Of a DNA stretch of 64,000 nucleotides, positions 55,076-63,303 are shown in pieces; within the stretch, counting starts at the first letter, position 1; the number at the start of each line of letters is the position of its first letter. Below the pieces are notes generated by a model that saw nothing but the letters and a program-made list of their open reading frames with translations, was not told the DNA's origin and made no database searches. The translations under genes and the position numbers were made by a program. This DNA comes from a virus. The stretch covers positions 1 to 64,000 of the IMG/VR virus record IMGVR_UViG_3300033156_000150. The stretch is one strand, 5' to 3'.

Positions 55076-55217
55076 AGCACCGGCGGCGTGGTGGGAACAC
55101 GCAACCTTGCGCGTCCGCAAAGTAGCTTGGTGAGGCAGGCGAACTGCGGAAGAAGGTGACTGGTGGCTGCTTGGCGCTTAAGGCCAGTCAACCGGGTTCG
55201 AATCCCGGCCGGGGCTT
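55076..55217 (+). ncRNA. tRNA-like RNA with expanded anticodon domain and long variable arm
   Basis: Acceptor GCACCGG/CCGGGGC; D-stem GCGTG/CACGC; ACCTT/AAGGT enclosing 44 nt; V-arm GACTGG/CCAGTC; T-arm CCGGG-TTCGAAT-CCCGG. Confidence 0.7.
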
Positions 55218-55256
55218 TGTGGTGTTCAATAAGCTCTTGCGTATGGGAGGAAAAAC

Positions 55257-55556
55257 ATGAATTCAAGCGAAGAAACGGAAGCAAGCAAAACTGGTGTACC
55301 AGCACGCGAAATCTGTAAGGCGTGCTACGAGGTCATCCGGGTGGGATTCACGGTCCCAGATGATCTGTGGTCCGCAGCAGTACCCGAACATCTCCGTCAG
55401 TCAACCTTGTGCCTGAACTGCTTCACCCGTCTGGCCGATGAACACATGTTGGCCTGGGACAAATCAATTGAGTTTTGGCCGGTGTCACTTCGGACTCATC
55501 TGCGCCAGGAGATGCCTTCCTGTACGGCAGGGCGGGCAGGAATAGAGAGTGGATAA
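55257..55556 (+). CDS. Small Zn-binding hypothetical protein
   Basis: CKAC...VPDDLW...LCLNCF; GGAGG RBS. Confidence 0.65.
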   Translation: MNSSEETEASKTGVPAREICKACYEVIRVGFTVPDDLWSAAVPEHLRQSTLCLNCFTRLADEHMLAWDKSIEFWPVSLRTHLRQEMPSCTAGRAGIESG

Positions 55557-55573
55557 CAGAGGGAGGTTAACCC

Positions 55574-56296
55574 ATGGCTCGCTTTTTGAAGGACAAGGGT
55601 CTGTTGATCCAGCATATCCCACGTTGCGGTGGGACATGGGTGCAGAAGGCTTTGGAGATATTGTCTATGTATGGGGTCCGAACCAGCAAGTGGATCAGCA
55701 AGCAGCCAACACACATTCCAAAGAAGCATGCTTTGTTGTCCCACTACTATCGTAACAGTATGCCTAACGTCAAAGCGATCGCTGTGTTCGTTCGCCATCC
55801 TATTGGCTTCTACGAGTCAAATTGGCGGTGGATTCAACGATGCACACTGAGACACCAAAAGATGTTGGCGTTACAAGGAGGCCGTCCATGGACATGGCAT
55901 CCACAGGCACCAGCGGCAAGACGATTGCTTGAGCTGCCAAAAGACGCTACGTTCAATGATTGGGTGTTCCTGATGTTAGAGAAGGAGCCGATGTGGTACA
56001 CTCGCTTGGTGGATCTTTACGTTGGTCCTCGGGGTGGGGAGTTTTGTCAATACATTGGGCATACCGAATCGTTGTTGAATGACTTTATATCCCTAATGCG
56101 AAGTGTCGGGTACGGTGACATTATAGAACAAGCAATCGATCAGCTAAAACGTCTCGGCCGGGTTAATGCCGCTCCCGTTGGCGGTGTCAGTTGGGACGAT
56201 GACCTATTACGTCGGGTGTGCGAATCAGAAAAAGACGTGATTGACAGATTCTATGCGCAAGTGCAACATGCCCGGAAAGAGGAGGTGGCGCGATGA
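55574..56296 (+). CDS. Sulfotransferase family 2-like protein
   Basis: HIPRCGGTW (5'-PSB), FVRHP..FYES.W (3'-PB), IGHTESL..DF, RVN. Confidence 0.8.
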   Translation: MARFLKDKGLLIQHIPRCGGTWVQKALEILSMYGVRTSKWISKQPTHIPKKHALLSHYYRNSMPNVKAIAVFVRHPIGFYESNWRWIQRCTLRHQKMLALQGGRPWTWHPQAPAARRLLELPKDATFNDWVFLMLEKEPMWYTRLVDLYVGPRGGEFCQYIGHTESLLNDFISLMRSVGYGDIIEQAIDQLKRLGRVNAAPVGGVSWDDDLLRRVCESEKDVIDRFYAQVQHARKEEVAR

Positions 56297-56499
56297 TGAT
56301 AGTTGGCGAGCGGATAAAGCAGCTCAGGCAAGAGCGGGGATTGACCCAATTGGACCTGGCTGAAAGACTAGGTGTTGCCCAGCCAGTTGTCTGCCGGTTT
56401 GAGCGCGGACATGACATGCGACTTAGCACGTTACAACGGATAGCGGAGGCCCTGGGAGTTTCCATGGTGGACCTCCTGGACGAACGTAAGTCTAAGTAA
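56293..56499 (+). CDS. XRE-family HTH regulator
   Basis: IKQLRQERGLTQLDLAERLGV.Q..V..FERG...L.RIAEALGV. Confidence 0.93.
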   Translation: MMIVGERIKQLRQERGLTQLDLAERLGVAQPVVCRFERGHDMRLSTLQRIAEALGVSMVDLLDERKSK

Positions 56500-56538
56500 C
56501 GTAAGGACTTACGTAAAATCCTGGAAATTCCAGGATTT
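56499..56538. promoter_or_regulatory. Two operator-like palindromes
   Basis: ACGTAAG-GA-CTTACGT (56499-56514) and AAATCCTGGAA-A-TTCCAGGATTT (56516-56538). Confidence 0.7.
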
Positions 56539-56539
56539 C

Positions 56540-56571
56540 GGGTTGACGGGTATAGCGTGCATGCTATAATA
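56540..56571 (+). promoter_or_regulatory. Early sigma70-type promoter P3
   Basis: TTGACG (56543-56548), 16-nt spacer, TGC-TATAAT (56565-56570); same consensus as P1 and P2. Confidence 0.85.
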
Positions 56572-56617
56572 GCTAATGGAGGGAGGAGAAAAAGCCTAGG
56601 AGTAAAGGAGAGACGCC

Positions 56618-56737
56618 ATGTTTTGGACGCTGGAAAGTGCAAAGCGATATGCAGCCCAGCTACGGTTGCAAGGAGAGCCGGTCCGGATCTATGAAGTGCC
56701 GGGCCGCATCTGGGGAGTCTGGTACGTTGTGGAGTAA
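56618..56737 (+). CDS. 39-aa early protein (below the ORF-track cutoff)
   Basis: AAGGAG RBS; MFWTLESAKRYAAQLRLQGEPVRIYEVPGRIWGVWYVVE*. Confidence 0.55.
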   Translation: MFWTLESAKRYAAQLRLQGEPVRIYEVPGRIWGVWYVVE

Positions 56738-56747
56738 GGAGATTGCA

Positions 56748-56951
56748 ATGGTACGCTACAGACCTTTCAAGGTGTACCCCGTTCCTCCCGACGCATACAT
56801 GGTGGCCGAGCGAAACGGGGACGAGCTTCGTCTGCTCGGCTGGTCCTGGGAACTGGACGGGGCAATTGAGATTGCAAGACGACATGGCTTCGGTGCTCGA
56901 ATCTTCCAACAAGTCGGCGGAGACTTGCGGGAGGTGTCCTGGACCTTTTAG
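56748..56951 (+). CDS. Hypothetical early protein
   Basis: TAAGGAG RBS. Confidence 0.6.
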   Translation: MVRYRPFKVYPVPPDAYMVAERNGDELRLLGWSWELDGAIEIARRHGFGARIFQQVGGDLREVSWTF

Positions 56952-56967
56952 CAGGAGGATGAATCAC

Positions 56968-57198
56968 ATGCCGAACGTCAAAGCGATCCTGGGGCGTGCC
57001 CTGTCCTTACGGCCGCGCGTGCCGGCCGACGAGCTGCGCAGGGCAATCCAGCGGGCCGTTGAGCGCGGCCAGCCCCTGTACTTGGAAACGGGATTCTGTG
57101 GAGGAGCTGGGCGTTGCGTGTCCCCCATCGATGAGGAGGACCAGGCAGAAATGGAGCGGCTTACAGCCAGCTCCACCCGCTGGTATCGACTGTTGTAA
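56968..57198 (+). CDS. Hypothetical early protein
   Basis: AGGAGG RBS. Confidence 0.55.
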   Translation: MPNVKAILGRALSLRPRVPADELRRAIQRAVERGQPLYLETGFCGGAGRCVSPIDEEDQAEMERLTASSTRWYRLL

Positions 57199-57275
57199 CA
57201 CACCAACCCGCCCGGGAGGGAACTTGCCCCCTGGCTGGTGCCCGGGAACCAGCCCAGTCAAAGAGGAGGAAGGAA

Positions 57276-57725
57276 ATGACCAAGTCCAAGTACATTGTCC
57301 AGGAGCACGTCGGGGGACGGATTGGGGAGAGAAAAAGTCCCCGGACAAGGAAGTACAACACGGAGGAGGAAGCACTGCTGGCAATGGCGAAAGCCAAAGC
57401 CGCAGGAAACGTCGTAACGTGCACTGTGCAACATTGCACGGTGCGAGCAAAGGCAGAGTTCGCTGGTGTGCCGCTGTGCGGGCGGCACTACAAGCGAGCC
57501 GAACTGGTGGAAAGTGATGTGACTGTGGTTCATGGAACCACGGGGCAGGAGCTGGAAGTGTGGCGCGGCCCAGTAGTAACGCTGCGGCCGACGGTCAGCC
57601 AGTGGCGGAACGCTCCGGCAAGCGTCCGACACAAGCAAGGGGCTTTGCACCCAGTGACCAACGAGCTCACCCGTCACGCCGTTACGGTGGACGGTTTTTG
57701 GGTTCGATGGTGGGAGAAGCTGTGA
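57276..57725 (+). CDS. Hypothetical early protein
   Basis: GAGGAGG RBS; C...C...CGRH. Confidence 0.6.
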   Translation: MTKSKYIVQEHVGGRIGERKSPRTRKYNTEEEALLAMAKAKAAGNVVTCTVQHCTVRAKAEFAGVPLCGRHYKRAELVESDVTVVHGTTGQELEVWRGPVVTLRPTVSQWRNAPASVRHKQGALHPVTNELTRHAVTVDGFWVRWWEKL

Positions 57726-57771
57726 ATCCAAACGTGGAAGAGAAGTGACACTGTTACGAAAGGAGAAGTCC

Positions 57772-58776
57772 ATGGGACACGAAATTACTGTCAGAGAGGA
57801 CGGCCGAGCGGAGGCCGCGTTTGCGCTGCGGCCTGCGTGGCACGGCTTGGGAGTGGTCTTGGACCACCCCATGACGAGCGCTGAAGCACTGGAGGCAGCC
57901 GGGTTGAACTGGCGAGTCGAGCAAGTGCCAGTGGCAGCGAAGTATGCTTCGCACTACGAGGACATCCGCGGTGTGTACGCCAACGTGCGATCCGACACGC
58001 ATGCCGTGCTGGGCATTGTGTCGGGCCGCTACAAGGTGGTTCAGAACGACGAGGCGTTTGCGTTCCTGGACCGCCTGATTGAGGATCATCAAATGGAGTA
58101 CGAGAGCGCGTTCTCGCTCCGAGGCGGCAAGCAAGTCGTGCTGCTGGCGCGGCTTCCCAAATCCGACCAGATTGTGAGCGGCGACGAAGTGCTGCGATAC
58201 GTGCTGTTGTCGCTGGCACATGATGGTGAGGGATCTATCCGTTTTGGACCAACGTCGGTGCGGGTTGTGTGCGCAAACACGTTCGCGCTGGCGTCGAAGA
58301 GCAAGGAGGTCAAGTCGCTCTCAATCCGGCACAGTGGCGACATTGATGCCAAGCTGCAACAGGCCCGCGACATCCTCCGACAGGTGAATGATCAGTTCGA
58401 CAAGTATGCCGAAGTCGGCAGGGAGCTGGCAAAGGTGCGTCTCTCAGCGGGTGACTGGTTCCGCTTGTTGGACGTGCTGTGCCCGCTGCTCGACGAAGCT
58501 GACCCGGATTACACGGAGCGTCGGCAAAATCAGTTGATCAAAACCCGGCGAGGCATCACGCAGGCTTTCCACAATTGGACCCAAGCGTCCGCTCCCCGGT
58601 CGGCATGGGCCGCCTTCAACGCGGTAACTGAGTTTATTGACCACCTGCCGCGCCGTGGAGCTACGTACCGCCAAAAGGCCGAAGCCCGATTCAACGTGTG
58701 CTTGTTCGGCCCAGGGCGGGATATGAAGCAGCGAGCGTTCGAGGCAGTGTGCAGAATCGCCGGAGTTGCGGTGTGA
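57772..58776 (+). CDS. DUF932/DUF945-family (TIGR03299-like) phage/plasmid protein
   Basis: AWHGLG, AGLNWRVE, Y.VVQN..AF.F, SLRGGK, HDG, RVVCANT, IRHSG, WAAFNAVTEF.DH. Confidence 0.9.
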   Translation: MGHEITVREDGRAEAAFALRPAWHGLGVVLDHPMTSAEALEAAGLNWRVEQVPVAAKYASHYEDIRGVYANVRSDTHAVLGIVSGRYKVVQNDEAFAFLDRLIEDHQMEYESAFSLRGGKQVVLLARLPKSDQIVSGDEVLRYVLLSLAHDGEGSIRFGPTSVRVVCANTFALASKSKEVKSLSIRHSGDIDAKLQQARDILRQVNDQFDKYAEVGRELAKVRLSAGDWFRLLDVLCPLLDEADPDYTERRQNQLIKTRRGITQAFHNWTQASAPRSAWAAFNAVTEFIDHLPRRGATYRQKAEARFNVCLFGPGRDMKQRAFEAVCRIAGVAV

Positions 58777-58786
58777 GGCATGGGTG

Positions 58787-58816
58787 GGCTGCGCCGGGTA
58801 CTGGCTCGGCGCAGCC
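58787..58816 (+). terminator. GC hairpin after the DUF932 gene
   Basis: GGCTGCGCCGGG/CTCGGCGCAGCC stem; no clear T-run. Confidence 0.45.
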
Positions 58817-58841
58817 ACACTTCAAGCAAAGGAGACAAGAC

Positions 58842-59309
58842 ATGTCTGTTATGTCATACGAGCAAGTTGAACCTCTGCTCAACAAGAAGGCATGGGAGTT
58901 TAGTCTTGCCCATGCGATTGACTGGGAGGAGTGCAAGTCAGCGGCCAATGAGGGATACGTTGTTGCAGTAAGGACCTATGACGAAACTCGTGCTTCCTTC
59001 ACCACACACCTCTACTGGAAGGTGCGGGGAGCGCTCACCAGGTTGCTTGAGCGTGCTAGGCACGATAAGCGAGTTGTCCTGTGCGATCTGTCGCACGTTG
59101 CGGAAGCCCCTCCACTACGGCTCTTATCCGAGGACGCTTCCGCGATTGTACGGATGGTTGCAGAGTCCCCGGCGGAGCTCAAGCGAGCTCTACGAAGGGG
59201 AGGACGCGAAGGGGCAAAGCGCTGGCTAGCAAAGCGTGCAAAGAAGAAAGGTATGAGCTTGGCACAAGTGATTTCTGCGTTTGACGAGTTCACCGATTTG
59301 TTCAATTGA
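58842..59309 (+). CDS. Sigma70 region-2-like protein (minimal sigma factor or regulator)
   Basis: DWEECKSAANEGYVVAVRTYDETRASFTTHLYWKVRGAL resembles D.EDL...G...G...A...YD...G..F.TY....IR. Confidence 0.65.
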   Translation: MSVMSYEQVEPLLNKKAWEFSLAHAIDWEECKSAANEGYVVAVRTYDETRASFTTHLYWKVRGALTRLLERARHDKRVVLCDLSHVAEAPPLRLLSEDASAIVRMVAESPAELKRALRRGGREGAKRWLAKRAKKKGMSLAQVISAFDEFTDLFN

Positions 59310-59320
59310 GGAGCGTAGTC

Positions 59321-59500
59321 ATGCGGATTGCGCTGAAGGTGAAAAAGATTGGCAAAAAGTGGTGGATCGTCGGGGATGAGGACTATGGGGCCTATGGCCC
59401 TTATGATACAAAGCATGAGGCGGAGAGCGACAGGAGGGGAGTCCTGCGCTGCTTACGGGAAATGGAAGAAGATGAACGGAAGGAAAAACACACTCATTGA
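59321..59500 (+). CDS. Small hypothetical protein
   Basis: WWIVG...GPYDTKHEAE; GAGGAG RBS. Confidence 0.6.
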   Translation: MRIALKVKKIGKKWWIVGDEDYGAYGPYDTKHEAESDRRGVLRCLREMEEDERKEKHTH

Positions 59501-60860
59501 TTTCCGGTCGTGCCGTCCGTACCGGTTCCAGAGGCAAGACTTGTGCAGAATAACAAGTCTTGGCGGCCGTGTGCTTCTGGCCTACGAAATGGGACTGGGA
59601 AAGACGCTGATGAGCCTATGGTGGATAGGAGCACGACGGGATAGGCTTCCGGCTGTGGTAGTGTGCCCAGCCGTGGTAAAATACCAATGGGAGGTTGAGT
59701 GTAAGAGAGCTTTGCACGCTACCCCAGTCGTGCTTTCGGGGAGAAAGGCCCGCCCCTTAGGCTACTGCGATCTGGCGATCATCAACTACGACGTGCTTGA
59801 CTGTTGGATTGAGGAGCTGAGGCGCATGCGCCCTCGGACAGTAGTGCTTGACGAGTGTCACTATGTGAAGAATCCCAAGGCAAAGCGTACAAAGGCCGCT
59901 CGACGCTTGTGCTACAAGGTGCCGAACATACTAGCGTTGAGCGGCACTCCTCTGCTCAACAAACCTATTGAACTATGGCCCATCCTCAACATCCTATATC
60001 CGGCAATCTGGCGGTCCAGGTGGCACTTCGCACATCGCTATTGCGGGCCACAGCTGACGCCATGGGGATGGAAGTTCGACGGAGCAACTAGGGTAAAGGA
60101 GTTGCACAAGAAGCTGACGGATACGTGCATGGTACGCCGGCGCAAGGCTGAAGTCATTGAGGACCTACCCCACAAAACAAGGTGTGTTGTGCCGATTGAA
60201 CTTGATGATGCGGCAAGGCGGGAATACGAGCGCGCCCGGTTAGACTTCATAGCCTGGCTGCGTGAGCGCGACCCGCAAGCAGCGTTACGAGCAAAGAGGG
60301 CGGAGTCCATAACCAAGCTGTCCTACTTGCTTCAGCTCATAGCAAAGCACAAGGCAAACTTCGTAGCCAGTTGGATAAACGATTGGCTACAGGAGAGCGA
60401 TGGAAAGTTAGCCGTGTTCGTGCGTCACCACGAAATGACTGATACGCTGGTGGCTGCTTGCAAGGAAGCAGTGGTGATCGACGGCAGGGAAACGCAAGCG
60501 AAACGGCAAGCCGCGCTGCGAGCATTCAAGGAGGGACCGAACAGGGTACTGATTGGGAGCATCGACGTCGCTGGTGTAGGACTCAATTTGCAGGACGTGT
60601 GCAACACGGTTGCATTTGTGGAGCTATCGTTTCGACCAGCAGACCATTTGCAAGCGGAAGACCGCGTGCATCGCATTGGTTCCACTGCTCCTGTGTGGGT
60701 GTACTACTTGATTGCAAGGGACACGTTGGAGGAGAAGCTGTGCCGCATTATCCAAAGCAAGCAAAGCACCATATCAAGTGTGCTTGACGGAGACGAGGAC
60801 GTGAGTGGACTTGATGTTTTTGACCAATTGTTAAAGGAGGTGTACGATGACAACTCGTAA
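59472..60860 (+). CDS. SNF2-family (HARP/SMARCAL1-like) helicase
   Basis: EMGLGKT, VVCPA, LDECH, LSGTP, GVGLNL, QAEDRVHRIG. Confidence 0.93.
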   Translation: MNGRKNTLIDFRSCRPYRFQRQDLCRITSLGGRVLLAYEMGLGKTLMSLWWIGARRDRLPAVVVCPAVVKYQWEVECKRALHATPVVLSGRKARPLGYCDLAIINYDVLDCWIEELRRMRPRTVVLDECHYVKNPKAKRTKAARRLCYKVPNILALSGTPLLNKPIELWPILNILYPAIWRSRWHFAHRYCGPQLTPWGWKFDGATRVKELHKKLTDTCMVRRRKAEVIEDLPHKTRCVVPIELDDAARREYERARLDFIAWLRERDPQAALRAKRAESITKLSYLLQLIAKHKANFVASWINDWLQESDGKLAVFVRHHEMTDTLVAACKEAVVIDGRETQAKRQAALRAFKEGPNRVLIGSIDVAGVGLNLQDVCNTVAFVELSFRPADHLQAEDRVHRIGSTAPVWVYYLIARDTLEEKLCRIIQSKQSTISSVLDGDEDVSGLDVFDQLLKEVYDDNS

Positions 60861-61464
60861 CATGTCTCCGCGACAAGTGCTTGACCTGAACATTCCGCAC
60901 AAGGAAGCTGCTGCTCTGTTGGGAGTATCAGCCCGATGTGTTGCAAAGGCACGTCAAGCACTGCGAGGATTGGGCGGCAAGAGCGCCCTGGGCAAAGTTA
61001 CTGCTCTTGATCCTGTTGACGTTGACGTCGACAAAGTGACTGCGCAAGAGCAAGCATACACTCAATTCCTTGAAGCCATGGAAGCCCACAAACAGGCAGG
61101 GAAAGCATACCGACGTTGGAAGTCCTTGGTAGATGAACAAGCAATTCAGGACTACCACGAGCTGGTATCATGTACGGAGGCAGAACGGGAAGCATGGGAC
61201 GAGAGGACCCGGGAGTTGTTTGCCAGTGCAAAGCAGCGCGTCACGGAGATGCGACAGGCAGCCACGGAGTTCCTGCGATGGACGGCGGCTTGCGAGCAGC
61301 TCGGGCGCCCTTATCCCACTGGCGATCGGTGGGAGGATTACAAAAAAGCCATGGAGGGGTCGCGGAAAAAAGTGAAGCCGAAGAAGGCAAAGAAAGAAAC
61401 CCTTGACTTGCTGGCTTCAAAAAAGCCCAGCAAACGACAACTGATGGAGGCAGCCGGGAAATGA
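60847..61464 (+). CDS. Hypothetical protein with N-terminal HTH-like segment
   Basis: HKEAAALLGVSARCVAKAR; AGGAGG RBS. Confidence 0.6.
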   Translation: MTTRNMSPRQVLDLNIPHKEAAALLGVSARCVAKARQALRGLGGKSALGKVTALDPVDVDVDKVTAQEQAYTQFLEAMEAHKQAGKAYRRWKSLVDEQAIQDYHELVSCTEAEREAWDERTRELFASAKQRVTEMRQAATEFLRWTAACEQLGRPYPTGDRWEDYKKAMEGSRKKVKPKKAKKETLDLLASKKPSKRQLMEAAGK

Positions 61465-62345
61465 TAGAAGACATCCTGAGGAATGCGGGTGTCAGCTACA
61501 AGAGGGGAGGAGAACACAGGCACGTGCGGCCGGGTTGGGTTGGAGTTGACTGCCCAAGGTGCGGCCCGAACTCCGGGAAGTATCACTTGGGAATCAACAC
61601 CCGGCTCGGCCGCGCTGTCTGTTGGAAGTGCGGCCGATGGGACTTGGCTGAAGCCCTGTCCGCCGTAGCTCACCTGCAAATGTCCGAGGCAATCCGGATT
61701 GCCAAAGCGATACGCCATGGGAGGGCTGCGTCGGAGGACAAGCCGATACGCCGAGCTCGCGTCAAAGTGCCAAAGGATGTCGGCCCGCTGCGAGAACCCC
61801 ACAAGCGATATCTGCGCAAGCGGAGATTTGACCCGGATAAACTTGTTGACACATGGCGCATACAGGGAGCAGGGCCATGGTCAGACAGGATTCCGTGGCG
61901 CATCTTCATCCCAATCTACCTGGACGAGCGAATGGTGAGCTGGACATCACGGAGCATTGTTGATGGTGTGCCAAGCAAATACGTTTCAGCAAAGTCTGAT
62001 GAGGAGGAGGTGAAGCACAAGCACATCCTCTACGGCGAGGACTACACGTGGCACTCCGTCATAGTTGTGGAGGGGCCGCTGGATGCATGGCGAATTGGCC
62101 CTGGCGCCGTCGCTTTGTTCGGCATCCCGTTCACGTCAGCTCAGATAGCAAGACTAGCAAGGTATGCCCGACGCGCCATTGTGTTGGACCGGGAGAAGGA
62201 GGCGCAGCGGCACGCCAAGCGATTGGCAAATGCGTTGTCCCCGTTTCCTGGTGAAACAGTTGTGGTGCAACTAGAAACGGGGGACGATCCTGCTGAAGCT
62301 GACGAGGAAGAGTTGGAGGAGCTAAGGCGGTTGTTCATTGGTTAG
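61461..62345 (+). CDS. DNA primase (Zn-finger + TOPRIM)
   Basis: CPRC...CWKCG, YLRKR, RIFIPI, VVEGPLDA, VLD, DPA. Confidence 0.88.
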   Translation: MIEDILRNAGVSYKRGGEHRHVRPGWVGVDCPRCGPNSGKYHLGINTRLGRAVCWKCGRWDLAEALSAVAHLQMSEAIRIAKAIRHGRAASEDKPIRRARVKVPKDVGPLREPHKRYLRKRRFDPDKLVDTWRIQGAGPWSDRIPWRIFIPIYLDERMVSWTSRSIVDGVPSKYVSAKSDEEEVKHKHILYGEDYTWHSVIVVEGPLDAWRIGPGAVALFGIPFTSAQIARLARYARRAIVLDREKEAQRHAKRLANALSPFPGETVVVQLETGDDPAEADEEELEELRRLFIG

Positions 62346-62367
62346 GCTAAGCAAGGAGGAAGTACAA

Positions 62368-63303
62368 GTGACAGACATGCCGCAACGACAGTTTAGGGGA
62401 TGGTGGATCCCTGTTGAAATAGTTGACTTGTTTCAAGAAGGAACAATCAACGCGAAGGAAACACTGTTGCTGGCGACGATCGATAGCTTTGTCGTAAGCG
62501 GGTCAGGGTGCTTTGCAACGAATACGTACCTTGGTCAGTGCATCCATGCAAGCCCAGTGTCAGTGTCCCACATGATAACGAAGCTCCGGAGGTTGGGGCT
62601 GTTGGAGCATGAGGTGGTTTTTGATGAACAAACGGGGAGGAGCGTAAGGCTGCTGAGAACGTGCTACTCAAGCATCAACCACCTAGTCAAAAACAACTAT
62701 CCCACTAATGGGGCATTGTTAAAAACGACTAGGGCCCCTAGTCGTTTTTTACTATCCCCCAAAAGTACGAAAGACCCCAAAACTCCCAGCAAAACGAGCG
62801 ATAATCGTGCTAAAAAGAGGTCCTATTATACAAGTGTATTAAACAATACTCCATCTACTGACGTAGATGGAGCATCGGGTGGGGCAAGCCACCCGATGGA
62901 TCACCCGTCCTTTGGAATCAATGATACATGCATGGAGTTAGCTGAAAAGTTATTGGCACGGCTGCGCTCTGTGGACCACGACCTGGTTCATTACCGCCGC
63001 ACAAAGAAAGGCCACGTCCGACGTCCCGTAGTTTCCCGTACAATCGCAGCAGAGCTGGCTAGGCTGCTAAGAGACGAGCGTTGCACAGAATCCGAGCTAC
63101 GGGAAATCATCGCATGGTACGCTGCAAATTACGGAAGGCCGTATGTGCCCGTCCTGCGTTCCGTAAAGGACCTCTACAATAGATGGCACTCGATCGTGAT
63201 GGCGAAGCAGCGCGCGGAGGAGAACGGGGAGGTTGCCGTTGAACCATGGGATGATGATGAAGCTGAGGATACAAGCGCTGACGATTGGAAGGACAAGGTC
63301 TGA
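62368..63303 (+). CDS. Replication initiator-like wHTH protein (lambda O analogue)
   Basis: FRGWWIP...LLA.IDS...GCFATNTYLG......VS..I.KL..LG; A-rich central linker. Confidence 0.78.
   Translation: MTDMPQRQFRGWWIPVEIVDLFQEGTINAKETLLLATIDSFVVSGSGCFATNTYLGQCIHASPVSVSHMITKLRRLGLLEHEVVFDEQTGRSVRLLRTCYSSINHLVKNNYPTNGALLKTTRAPSRFLLSPKSTKDPKTPSKTSDNRAKKRSYYTSVLNNTPSTDVDGASGGASHPMDHPSFGINDTCMELAEKLLARLRSVDHDLVHYRRTKKGHVRRPVVSRTIAAELARLLRDERCTESELREIIAWYAANYGRPYVPVLRSVKDLYNRWHSIVMAKQRAEENGEVAVEPWDDDEAEDTSADDWKDKV
62682..62758. repeat. Iteron-like repeats and a 29-bp palindrome (putative replication origin)
   Basis: CCTAGTCAAAAACAACTATCCC; AAAAACGACTAGGG-C-CCCTAGTCGTTTTT (62721-62749). Confidence 0.65.

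Noticed and set aside
55076-55217. Canonical decoding tRNA, tmRNA or attP site
   Set aside because: There is no 7-nt anticodon loop, it is too short for tmRNA, and no integrase or duplicated att core is seen.
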